A DNA stretch of 64,000 bases from contig CAWJJC010000012.1 of the NCBI GenBank assembly GCA_963843145.1, forward strand, positions 160,001 through 224,000. Reading direction: 5' to 3'. This document shows positions 19,675-28,405 of this stretch, in pieces; position 1 is the stretch's first letter, and each line of letters starts with the position of its first letter. This DNA is from an uncultured delta proteobacterium (GTDB lineage: Bacteria > Desulfobacterota > RBG-13-43-22). The position numbers and the translations under genes are program-made. The notes beneath the pieces are model-generated. The model saw only the letters and a list, made by a program, of their open reading frames with translations. It made no database searches and was not told where the DNA came from.

Positions 19675-21666
19675 TTACGCCGAAGCCGCTTCAGATGGAG
19701 TCCCTTCGTTTTCCGTGTAGATCCCTCTCTTCTCAAAGTCTTCGCTCACGTAATCCAAACCCAATTCATGCAGGGACTCTTTCGTGGGAATTCCCTCACT
19801 ATTCCAGCCCTTAAATTGGTAATAGGTATCTAAAAGCTCCTTTTCCAAATCGGGAAATCTTTTTTTCCAATGGTCTTCCGGCGGCTTATCATCTTTTCTC
19901 CTCATGCCTCTGCGGATATTGATAGCCCTAACCAAAGTCCGGTACCTCTTGGTGGCTTGCGTCAGTTTGTCTTCATCCATTTCGATCCCAGCACCAGACG
20001 AGATAAATTTCGGGTAGTTATGTATATGATAAGGAGGCTTCAGGGGAAAGGATGACAAACCGGCGCACATCCCGAGGGCGTCATCGATGTAGTGCATCCG
20101 TTCCTGCCAATCGACAATGTCACAACACATTTGCACCGTGGGGTAGAAGGGCATGGATTTCTCCCCCCGGGGTTCCCAATCCAAAAAAATCTGCTTGAAC
20201 TTTTCGTCCGGAACGTGAAACCAATCCTGGACAAAGGCCTCCCGCTCCTCCCGCGTCGGAAAAGGCGCCTGGGGGAACTGCCCTTCAATTTGGGTGATGT
20301 TGATCTTTTCGCCGGTGGCATACATGAGGAAATAAATGGGATTGAGCATGGACAGCTTGAGGGGCAGTTGCTCGTGCTTTTTAATATTATTATGGGCATA
20401 GGCTTCCGCGCCCTTGCCGATCTGCCGGGCCGCCCAATAGGTGCCGTTGGCCAACACATCGCCGATCCCGTCCCGCCGAACGATGCGGTCCAATAACCAG
20501 TGAAATCTCCCTTCATTGTCGGAAGGCATTCCGGGAAAGTCCTGATCAGTCAAAATGCCGGCTTCATAAAGCTCCAGGGCGAAGGCCATGACCTGGGGGG
20601 CGGAGAAGGCGTCCACCCCATACTCCGTGGCACTTTGAGCGATACCCAACCCAAACTCCAGGTCGGACATGGCCGCCATGGTATAGGTAAGTTTCGAGAA
20701 GCATTTCATCATGTAGGTGGGCTGTCCCGGGGGCGCAATGGTGGCCCCGCAGGTCATCGGACAGTTGTAGCAACTGATCAGCCGCCTCCGCATACTATCC
20801 AGGGTCTCCGCCCACTGGCTGGCGATCTCCTCGTTCCAAAAATCTTTGCGGCGGGTGCGGGAATTCCCCCACATGAAATTTTCGGTGTGCCATTTTTCAT
20901 CATGGACTTTCATCTCTTGCGGCGACCCCAGCCCGGCTAAAATGGGCATGACCCCGGGAACCGGATTTTCATTTCGCCATTTTATGTAGGTCAAAACTTC
21001 GTTGCAAAGTCCCATGAATTCAGCCGGCCGGGCCACATTAATGTCCCTGGTTCCCCGAACGACTATGGCCTTGACGCCTTTGTCTCCCATCACGGCGCCT
21101 ATGCCGCCCCGGCTGGCACTGGACCGGCCCTGCTCGATGGAAGCAAAATAGACCCTGTTTTCCCCGGCCAGGCCGATAGCCGCCACCTGGGCCTTGGGCT
21201 CCTTCAACTCCTGCCGAATTAGTTCTGCCGTTTCCACGGCGCCTTTACCTTTCAAATGAGCGGCATCCCTTATTTCCACTTTGTCATTGTTTATCCAGAT
21301 ATAGACCAGATGGGGGGACTTGCCGCGCAGAACCACTTTGTCATAACCGGCATACTTCAATTCCGGCGCCCAAAATCCCCCCATCATGGAGTAGGCCATT
21401 AATTGCGTCTGAGGCGAAATGGTGGAAACGATGGTCCGATTACAACCGGTAGCCGGTGTTCCGCATAAAAGACCGGCGCCGAATATTAAGAGATTATCAG
21501 GGGAAAAGGGTTCGGTTTCGGGGGGAACCCTATCCCATAAAAGCTTGGCGTTAGTCCCAAGGCCCCCCAGATAAAGTTCCGTGTCTCTTGGGTCGGTTTC
21601 TACCCGCTCAATGTTTCCTCGGGATAGATCAATTTCTAAATTAAACCCCGTCTCGGCGTAACGCAT
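19675..21666 (-). CDS. bamB: Tungsten-dependent class II benzoyl-CoA reductase catalytic subunit (AOR family)
   Basis: N-terminus MRYAETG..LEIDL....ERVETDPRDTELYLGGLGTNAK, plus PQEM..HDEKWHTENF, SCYNCP..C, YMMKCF and TQIEG as in BamB; followed by the bamC-I gene order. Confidence 0.92.
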   Translation of the reverse strand: MRYAETGFNLEIDLSRGNIERVETDPRDTELYLGGLGTNAKLLWDRVPPETEPFSPDNLLIFGAGLLCGTPATGCNRTIVSTISPQTQLMAYSMMGGFWAPELKYAGYDKVVLRGKSPHLVYIWINNDKVEIRDAAHLKGKGAVETAELIRQELKEPKAQVAAIGLAGENRVYFASIEQGRSSASRGGIGAVMGDKGVKAIVVRGTRDINVARPAEFMGLCNEVLTYIKWRNENPVPGVMPILAGLGSPQEMKVHDEKWHTENFMWGNSRTRRKDFWNEEIASQWAETLDSMRRRLISCYNCPMTCGATIAPPGQPTYMMKCFSKLTYTMAAMSDLEFGLGIAQSATEYGVDAFSAPQVMAFALELYEAGILTDQDFPGMPSDNEGRFHWLLDRIVRRDGIGDVLANGTYWAARQIGKGAEAYAHNNIKKHEQLPLKLSMLNPIYFLMYATGEKINITQIEGQFPQAPFPTREEREAFVQDWFHVPDEKFKQIFLDWEPRGEKSMPFYPTVQMCCDIVDWQERMHYIDDALGMCAGLSSFPLKPPYHIHNYPKFISSGAGIEMDEDKLTQATKRYRTLVRAINIRRGMRRKDDKPPEDHWKKRFPDLEKELLDTYYQFKGWNSEGIPTKESLHELGLDYVSEDFEKRGIYTENEGTPSEAASA

Positions 21667-21773
21667 TTTTTTCCCCTTCTAGATTACCTGAACCCGTGAT
21701 GGAAGTTATTCTTTTTTCAAAATCAAGATCGTGAGTTCAGGGGCTAGTAAGCCTTTAATGTCGGATCAAAAAA

Positions 21774-22241
21774 TTACTCTTTCGGTTCCAATTTTTTATA
21801 TAAATTAATAAAGTTGCTCCGGTTAAACCCGATGGATTTAAAAAAGGAAAGTATATCCACCGCGTCCCAGCGGGCGGCCGTGTAAATCTCATTGATTTTA
21901 TTTTTCTTGAACAGTTTGAACAAATGGGTGATCAAGGACTGGCCGATGCCGGTCCCCATGTATTTGGGATGAACCCCTATGATCTTGATCCAGCCGCTCT
22001 GGTCCAGGCCAAAGCTATTGGTCATGATTTCGCTGATGATGAAGCCGACCACCTGATCCCCAGCCAAGGCCGCCAGACTCAGGCTGCTGTCATTCTGAAT
22101 GGTATCCCCCCATTGGGCAATTTTCTTGGGGCCGATCTTTTTTTTGGTAATAATCTCCTGAATATGTATCACCTGGGGCAGATCGGCGGTCAATAATTTT
22201 CGGAATTTAATCGTTTTCAAGGCCATCTCGCTCTCCATCAA
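21774..22241 (-). CDS. GNAT family acetyltransferase-fold protein
   Basis: VVGFI, GVHPKYMGTGIG acetyl-CoA-binding motif, FFKSIGF. Confidence 0.85.
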   Translation of the reverse strand: MMESEMALKTIKFRKLLTADLPQVIHIQEIITKKKIGPKKIAQWGDTIQNDSSLSLAALAGDQVVGFIISEIMTNSFGLDQSGWIKIIGVHPKYMGTGIGQSLITHLFKLFKKNKINEIYTAARWDAVDILSFFKSIGFNRSNFINLYKKLEPKE

Positions 22242-22438
22242 TCAATGCGAATGATTTTGACGTGTTTCCCCACCCATTCCGGGGGAAGATAAACCCGCCC
22301 GCTGTTTCCGCTTTGTTTGACCTCTTTTTCAATCATTTCTTCCCCAAAAACTTCAAATTTGGCCTTGAGTGATTTGCTGGTTTCTTCGATATTCTCAGGG
22401 AGTTCTCGGGGATAGTTTTCTCTTTTCAGGGGTACCAT
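22238..22438 (-). CDS. DUF2080 family (AbrB-like) small protein
   Basis: EMIEKEVKQSGNSGRVYLPPEWVGKHVKIIR; ATGA overlap with the GNAT gene. Confidence 0.8.
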   Translation of the reverse strand: MVPLKRENYPRELPENIEETSKSLKAKFEVFGEEMIEKEVKQSGNSGRVYLPPEWVGKHVKIIRID

Positions 22439-22569
22439 ATTATTCCCTTATCCGACTAAAAAGTCAAACCCGGTTTGATGGCGCCATCAGGTCATAATCC
22501 GTTGAATTAGTGATAGAAAATTAATATAATCGCCTCTTCCGTTGAACTCGCAGGAAGGAATGTCTATGG

Positions 22570-22630
22570 CTATAAATTAACTACAATTTAACTATAAAGT
22601 AGTTATAGGTATTTTTAAAATGTTTGTCAA
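22570..22630 (-). promoter_or_regulatory. sigma70 promoter of the DUF2080-GNAT-bam unit with overlapping phased repeats
   Basis: Minus strand TTGACA(22630-22625)-N17-TATAAC(22607-22602), with 11-bp units CTATAAATTAA/CTACAATTTAA/CTATAAAGTAG/TTATAG. Confidence 0.7.
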
Positions 22631-22671
22631 GGGAAAAATAATCAGGGGGGATTTTTTTATGGTCAGGGATT

Positions 22672-23520
22672 TTAAGTGGCGGGCGGCACGTTTTTAGCTC
22701 CCGTCCAGAATCCCTGGGGGTCGTAATGACGGATAATCGCCAATTCTTCCAAGCTAGGATCCGGGCTGACGGTGATTTTCGCGGAGGTTTTCAGCTTCCA
22801 ACCGGTTTGATCGACGACGGTTTTCGGGGAAATGCCGGGATGCACTTGGCTAAGATAGGCCTCGCGGGTAGTTGGATCGAAACGCAAGACCCCTAAAGTG
22901 GTGATGATCGCCGAGGGGCCTCCACGGACGAGTCCCTGGCGGCCGCGCCAATTCCCGCCGTCACCAAACCCGGACGAGGTGATATAAGCGACTCTTTCCA
23001 CAAAGCGGCGTTTCTCATGGGCCATGATAATCAATAACTTGCGGGCCAACGAGGCGATATCCCCGCCGCCGCCGCTGCCGGGGAGGCGAATCGGGCCTTT
23101 TGGCCCGTCCACCTGGGTGGTGTTTAAATTGCCGAACTTATCCACCTCCGCTCCGCCGATAAAGCCGATATCTACCCTCCCTTTTTGCAAGAAACCCATG
23201 ACCGTCAACATATCGCAACACATGGTGGCCTGGAAGATATTGGGGGGATCCCCCATGGTGACCATGGGGTCGGCGGCTGGGATTTCTCTGATGACGCCGT
23301 TTTCAAAAAGACCGATCGCTCTCGGGGCATGGGTTATTTTGGCTAAAATAAAGGCCAGCAAGGGCAGCCGCATACCGACGAAAACCACGTCCCCGTCGGA
23401 GATTTCCCGGGCGGCGATGGTGACCATCAGCTCGGCGGGAGTGTAGTCCCGTGGGACGGGAGAAGCAAGGCGCGGGGCGGTTGGTTCGAGGTTTTGTGGT
23501 TTCTGGGTATTGGTCAGCAT
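22672..23520 (-). CDS. Family I CoA-transferase beta subunit (glutaconate CoA-transferase B-like)
   Basis: VFVGMRLP, catalytic FENG, GGAEVDKFGNLN and RLPGSGG. Confidence 0.88.
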   Translation of the reverse strand: MLTNTQKPQNLEPTAPRLASPVPRDYTPAELMVTIAAREISDGDVVFVGMRLPLLAFILAKITHAPRAIGLFENGVIREIPAADPMVTMGDPPNIFQATMCCDMLTVMGFLQKGRVDIGFIGGAEVDKFGNLNTTQVDGPKGPIRLPGSGGGGDIASLARKLLIIMAHEKRRFVERVAYITSSGFGDGGNWRGRQGLVRGGPSAIITTLGVLRFDPTTREAYLSQVHPGISPKTVVDQTGWKLKTSAKITVSPDPSLEELAIIRHYDPQGFWTGAKNVPPAT

Positions 23521-23600
23521 AAGCCTAACTGCCTGGCCTCAATAATTAATAATCAATTGTTAATTAGTAACTGTTATTGAATGCCTTGTGGTGCCGAGCT

Positions 23601-24074
23601 CTATTTTCGTGCTACTCCGGGTACTGGCTTTATTTGGTTGCGGTGAACGGAAATGAGGGTCACCAGGGCCTTCGCGGCCAGGACTTCCCCGGTGGGCCTT
23701 TGGTCAAAGACCTCGGATTCCCCCACCAGGATCCGACTTCCCTCCCGGAGGATCCGGGATTTACAAATCAAGCCCTGGCCGTATGCCGGCTGCATAAAAT
23801 TGATTTTAAATTCAATGGTCAAAATGCGGTGTACTTCATCGATCAGGCTGAAGGCGGCGTACCCGGCCGTATGATCGGCCATGGCGGCCAGGACCCCCGC
23901 ATGGATGTACTGATCCTGCTGGCGATGGCGGTCCAGCACCTGCAGCCGGGATTCCAGGTAGCCTCTGCGGTATTCCTGGACCCGGTAGCCCACATCTCCA
24001 ATAAAGCCCCGGGAATAGTCCCGGGTCAAAAAATCCCGGCGTTCCGGCGAAAATTCTTTACTCGCTCCGACCAT
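23601..24074 (-). CDS. PaaI family (hotdog) thioesterase
   Basis: HRQQDQYIHAGVLAAMADH and LTIEFKINF; likely start MVGASKEF. Confidence 0.85.
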   Translation of the reverse strand: MVGASKEFSPERRDFLTRDYSRGFIGDVGYRVQEYRRGYLESRLQVLDRHRQQDQYIHAGVLAAMADHTAGYAAFSLIDEVHRILTIEFKINFMQPAYGQGLICKSRILREGSRILVGESEVFDQRPTGEVLAAKALVTLISVHRNQIKPVPGVARK

Positions 24075-24885
24075 CGTTTTGCCCCAATAGGGTGAACCAG
24101 GTATGATCCGTTTCCCATTCCCCGAGCAGGGAAAAACCCGGGTGGTCAAGACGCCGTTTGATCTCGATGTATTCGCTTCTCAGCAGCCCGGAAAGAACGG
24201 CCCATTTTTTTTCGAAAAATGCCGGTTGCTCAATCAGTTCCCGGACGACCGCGAAATGCAAATTGGCAAAGAGTAGATCGGCCTTCTGCTGGAGGTATTC
24301 CTCGGCCAGCCCTTCTTCCACCCGAATTCGGGAGGATAATCCGTTCAATTCGATGTTTTTCCGGGCGGTGGCCACACAGGCCGGGTTCCAGTCGATCCCC
24401 AAGACTTCCCGGGACCCCAGCTTGACGGCGGCAATGGCCAGGATCCCGGTCCCCGTTCCCAGGTCCAGGACCATTTCGGGCGTTTCTCGGTCAAAAATCG
24501 AGAGCAGGGCCTTGAGGCAATCCTGGGTGGTGGGGTGCTGTCCGGAGCCGAAGACCACCCCGGGGTCGATAATCAGGGGAATCCGGTCCCCGTCCTCCGA
24601 GACCGGGTGACCCAGGGGGATGATCCGCAGTCGGCCTATGGACAGCGGTTCCAAATTTTCTCCGGCCTGCCAGTCCCGGTAACTGATCTCGTGGGTCCGG
24701 ACCCAGGAGAGGCCGGGGCGGTCGGTCAAAAAGGTCTGAAGGTCAGCCGCCGAGGGACGAGAGAAAAAGAGAAACGTGCTCTCCCCTTCCCGCCAGTGGG
24801 CGATCAGGCTGTCTTGAAAAAAGGATTCCGGCCGGGCCACCGTCCCCGACAGTTCATAAATATACAGGCGGTCTTCGGGGTTCAT
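24058..24885 (-). CDS. PrmA-like (ribosomal protein L11-type) methyltransferase
   Basis: IDPGVVFGSGQHPTT, VLDLGTGTGILAIAA and LSGLL; divergent N-terminus. Confidence 0.8.
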   Translation of the reverse strand: MNPEDRLYIYELSGTVARPESFFQDSLIAHWREGESTFLFFSRPSAADLQTFLTDRPGLSWVRTHEISYRDWQAGENLEPLSIGRLRIIPLGHPVSEDGDRIPLIIDPGVVFGSGQHPTTQDCLKALLSIFDRETPEMVLDLGTGTGILAIAAVKLGSREVLGIDWNPACVATARKNIELNGLSSRIRVEEGLAEEYLQQKADLLFANLHFAVVRELIEQPAFFEKKWAVLSGLLRSEYIEIKRRLDHPGFSLLGEWETDHTWFTLLGQNDGRSE

Positions 24886-25069
24886 TCTTGAATGACTTTT
24901 TGTGAAACCTTCCTCGTGATAGGATCGTCCGACCCGAAGTCAAAACAACCCGGCCCCTGGAATAACTCCTGGTTCCAGGGGCCGAAGTCTGAATCCTGCA
25001 CCGCGGCTACCCGCGGTCCTTTCGATCGCTGCGGCAGTCGGTACAACCTGAGTGCCGCCCCAGAGGGGC

Positions 25070-25570
25070 TTACTCTACCGGGACCCAATAATAATCGAGT
25101 ACGGTGTTCGTAGGTTTAGCGGTCCGGAACTCAGCCTTGACCTTCATTCCGATGAAGGGTTTCCCGTGTAAGAGATAGCTCTTGGGGATGGTCGCCAGTT
25201 CTGGGATTTCCACGTCGATCTGCCAGTAGGGGGTGGAAAGCTCTATCCCGATCCCGGCATAGACCACTTCGGTAAAGGCATAGACCTGACCGATGACCGG
25301 ATTGCGCAGGGCCTTCCATTTCATTTCCGTATGGCAGTCGGGACAGTGCGCCCGCGGGGGTATCCAGAGGCGGTTCTCAGCACATTGCTTATTGGGACAA
25401 AAGGTGGCCATCAGTTTTCCTTCCGTCAGTCCCTTGAAGAAAGGGGATAGCAGCCCATAGGTATGCACATGGGTTAAGCTTCGGGGCCACTCAATAACCG
25501 TCTGGGGTTCGGTCTGCCGAATTTTAGTCGTCTGACCAATGAATTTGGTCTGCAGTTGTTTTTTAGCCAT
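25070..25570 (-). CDS. Zn-ribbon/OB-fold (DUF35) protein
   Basis: FFKGL.EGKL.ATFC....C....WIPPRAHCPDC and IGMKVKAEF; RBS GAGGAAG; directly after the thiolase-like gene. Confidence 0.85.
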   Translation of the reverse strand: MAKKQLQTKFIGQTTKIRQTEPQTVIEWPRSLTHVHTYGLLSPFFKGLTEGKLMATFCPNKQCAENRLWIPPRAHCPDCHTEMKWKALRNPVIGQVYAFTEVVYAGIGIELSTPYWQIDVEIPELATIPKSYLLHGKPFIGMKVKAEFRTAKPTNTVLDYYWVPVE

Positions 25571-25584
25571 GGTTTCTTCCTCCT

Positions 25585-26955
25585 TTACCAGCTCTTCCTG
25601 AGAATACCGACGGTCACATGCGATCCGACCCCTGCATGGGAGACCCAGAGGGCCTGCTTGCTTTTTTTCGGAATCTGCAGGCTCTTCCAGTCCCGGGGTT
25701 TGGTCTTGCCCCATTTTTTCCAGATCTTCGAGTCACCGTGAAACTGATCGTATTTCTGCTGCAACTGCCAGAGGCACTCCACAGCCTGGAAGATGCCGGT
25801 GGCGCCCACGGCATGCATGGTCCCCAGCAATCCGCCGGACAGGTTGGAGGGACATTTCCCGCCGTAGTAGGCATCTCCCGATTCGATATACTCCTGCTCC
25901 TGGCCGTAAGGCCGGAGGCCGATATCGCCGTAGGTCTGAAGATCGCTGATGGTGAAGGCGTCATGGAGTTCCACCAAATCCAATTCTTCAAGTGGGTCAT
26001 GAATTCCGGCCATGCGGTAAGCTAAGTAAGCGGCAAAGCGGGCGGCCAGAAAACTCTCGAATCCCGGATAGCGGCTCCCTTCCTTCAGATAATTTTTATA
26101 CATTCCCGGTTTTTCGTTGGGCAGCAGGGGGATTTCCATGTGGCGCCGGTCAGCCACCCGCAGGGTGTGGGAACCGCCGCAAATAAAGACCTCCACCGGG
26201 TGGTCGGTCAACTTGTAGGCCGTTTTTTCATCGCAGAGCAGGGCGCAAGCCGAACCGACGCTCATGGCGCAGCATTCCAGGAAGCGCAGGGGATAGGCCG
26301 ACATGGGGCTGGCCAAGACCTCTTCCACGGTGTGCTTACCCGGTTGTTGCGCATAGGGGGAAGAGCAGGCATAGAGACGGTTTTTGACGGCGATCTTAGC
26401 CCGGGTGGTTTCCGAAACATCGAAAGCCCAAGCAAAGCGGTTGGCCATGGCGGCATAATAAGCAGAATAGATGCGGGCCAGCCGGGTTTCAAAATCCTTG
26501 CAGGCGGCGGTAGCGATATAGAAATTCCCCGTCCGGGTATCGACTTCGTCCATCCGTTCCCAGCCGGCGGCCAGAGCCACGTCGGCATAGCCCGAAGCGA
26601 CGGCCATGGCGGCGTTCAGGATGGTGGTTCCGCCGGTGGCCCCTCCGGTTTTGACACCGACGTTAAACATGGGGTCCAGACCGAGATAATCATGAACCTT
26701 GGCCTCGCAGAGCAGTTGATCTTGGAAGTGATCGGCAAATTCGCCATAGGCGGCATAGTTGATCAGGCCCTTGACTTCCAGGGGGTCCATTTTAAGATTG
26801 TTATTTTCGAGCATTTGTTTGAAGGCCATCATGACCAGCTCTTCCAGTCTGTATTCCGGAAAATACTTTTTGTAGGCCGTCGTACCCCCGGCGACCAAGA
26901 AGACCTTGCGATTCCACTTGGGAATCCTCAAATTACCCTTCTTGAATGTAATCAT
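25585..26955 (-). CDS. Thiolase-superfamily protein lacking the canonical catalytic cysteines
   Basis: ELHDAF, SGGLLG..HAVGATG and AAGWERM present; TGGATGG replaces the ACASG motif. Confidence 0.85.
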   Translation of the reverse strand: MITFKKGNLRIPKWNRKVFLVAGGTTAYKKYFPEYRLEELVMMAFKQMLENNNLKMDPLEVKGLINYAAYGEFADHFQDQLLCEAKVHDYLGLDPMFNVGVKTGGATGGTTILNAAMAVASGYADVALAAGWERMDEVDTRTGNFYIATAACKDFETRLARIYSAYYAAMANRFAWAFDVSETTRAKIAVKNRLYACSSPYAQQPGKHTVEEVLASPMSAYPLRFLECCAMSVGSACALLCDEKTAYKLTDHPVEVFICGGSHTLRVADRRHMEIPLLPNEKPGMYKNYLKEGSRYPGFESFLAARFAAYLAYRMAGIHDPLEELDLVELHDAFTISDLQTYGDIGLRPYGQEQEYIESGDAYYGGKCPSNLSGGLLGTMHAVGATGIFQAVECLWQLQQKYDQFHGDSKIWKKWGKTKPRDWKSLQIPKKSKQALWVSHAGVGSHVTVGILRKSW

Positions 26956-27120
26956 CCCCGATCCTCCTCCAATTTTAATAAGGTTTTAATTTCATTACCT
27001 AAATTCGTTTCAGATCGGCATTTTGAGCCTGATGAACCGAATCGTCTGTCATTTCAGGCTTGTAACCCGAATAGAAGCTACGTTATAATTGAAATTTGAA
27101 CGCTGTCAAGTTTTTTAATC

Positions 27121-27987
27121 ATGATCGCTTCCCTCCATCCCTGCATTCGTAAAGAGATTAATATCCTCTGCGCCGGCCGGTCCCTCACAGACCGGGAGAG
27201 AAAACGGCTTCAAAAAGCTCGGGCGGTTATCCTCCCCCAGGGTGTAACCGCAGAAGTTTACCGGGAGTGTCGCCGTCTGGTACCCCGGGTCTTTCCCAAT
27301 TACGATCTGCGATTCGGTTTGGAAGGCAAAGTCGGCGACGCCCTTCTTTTTGAATATTTCCAGGTCCCCCATCCCCGGACTCTGGCTTTTGGCGACCGGG
27401 AATCGTTCCATAAGGCCTTTCCTGACCCCGACCTGCCGCCCGCCCTCCTTTCCGGCTATCCCCTGGTCATGAAAGGGAATGAAGGAGGGGAGGGGTCCCT
27501 GGTCTTTCGGATTGAATCCACTCGGGATCTTGAGGACAAACTGGACCTATTGCGCTGTTCAGCAGTCCGGGATCAGGGGTTTGTCCTCCAGGAGTTTATT
27601 GACCATGGAGGGCGTGATTTGCGGGTGGTGATTCTCTATGATCAACTGTTCGCCTATTGGCGGGTTCAGCCGGACCCCAGCCGGTTCCGGACTAATCAAA
27701 GGCAGGGCGGAACGATTGACCATGGTGGAGATTCAAGGCTGAGAGAGAAGGCCATAAAGTCGGTGGAACGGTTTTGTCGCCGCGCAGGGATCCAGGTGGC
27801 CGGAATTGATATCCTCTTCAATCGGAAACGCGATCCGGACACTCCTTTATTTTTGGAAATAAATTATTACTTCGGAAGAAGGGGACTGGGTGGATCTTTA
27901 CGTTTTTATGAACTTTTCGAGCAAGCCGCGGACCGCTGGCTGGCCTCCGGAGAACCAATTGAAAAACAAGGGTTAATACGAGAATAA
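27121..27987 (+). CDS. ATP-grasp (RimK-like) protein
   Basis: YPLVMK...GGEG..VF, LQEFI...GRDLRV, AGIDIL and FLEIN. Confidence 0.8.
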   Translation: MIASLHPCIRKEINILCAGRSLTDRERKRLQKARAVILPQGVTAEVYRECRRLVPRVFPNYDLRFGLEGKVGDALLFEYFQVPHPRTLAFGDRESFHKAFPDPDLPPALLSGYPLVMKGNEGGEGSLVFRIESTRDLEDKLDLLRCSAVRDQGFVLQEFIDHGGRDLRVVILYDQLFAYWRVQPDPSRFRTNQRQGGTIDHGGDSRLREKAIKSVERFCRRAGIQVAGIDILFNRKRDPDTPLFLEINYYFGRRGLGGSLRFYELFEQAADRWLASGEPIEKQGLIRE

Positions 27988-28168
27988 CTTCTGGCCCTCC
28001 TGTCATTGCTGGCAACTCTTTGTAGTTTATAGCTTTACGGCGCCCGCCCCGGGCCTGAAGGTTTCGCCTGAAAACAGGTTTTCTAAATCTCCATGATACA
28101 GGTTGTATTTGCACCGCCGGTAAAGTAAGATCCCAACAGCAAGTAAAAGGAGGCTTCAGTTAAAACCC

Positions 28169-28405
28169 ATGTGCTTAGCCATACCGATGGAAGTCAAAGA
28201 GATCAGAGAGAACTGGGCCCTGGTGGAATATGAGGGGACCCGCCGGGAGATTCGGCTGGATATTGTGGACCAGCGTCCGGAGGTGGGTGATTATGTGATC
28301 ATTCACGCCGGGTTCGCCCTGCACCGGATTGATGAAGACGAAGCCAAAATCAGTTTAGCCTACTGGAAGGAAATCCTGGCCCATGCCCCTGAAGCATTTG
28401 AGTGA
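28169..28405 (+). CDS. hypC: Hydrogenase maturation chaperone HypC
   Basis: MCLAIP N-terminus and VGDYVIIHAGFA. Confidence 0.95.
   Translation: MCLAIPMEVKEIRENWALVEYEGTRREIRLDIVDQRPEVGDYVIIHAGFALHRIDEDEAKISLAYWKEILAHAPEAFE

Noticed and set aside
22238-22438. DUF2080 as evidence of an IS element
   Set aside because: No transposase, TnpB or IS ends nearby; the gene is coupled to GNAT in the bam leader.
26140-27099. 319-aa plus-strand ORF
   Set aside because: Antisense shadow of the thiolase-like gene.
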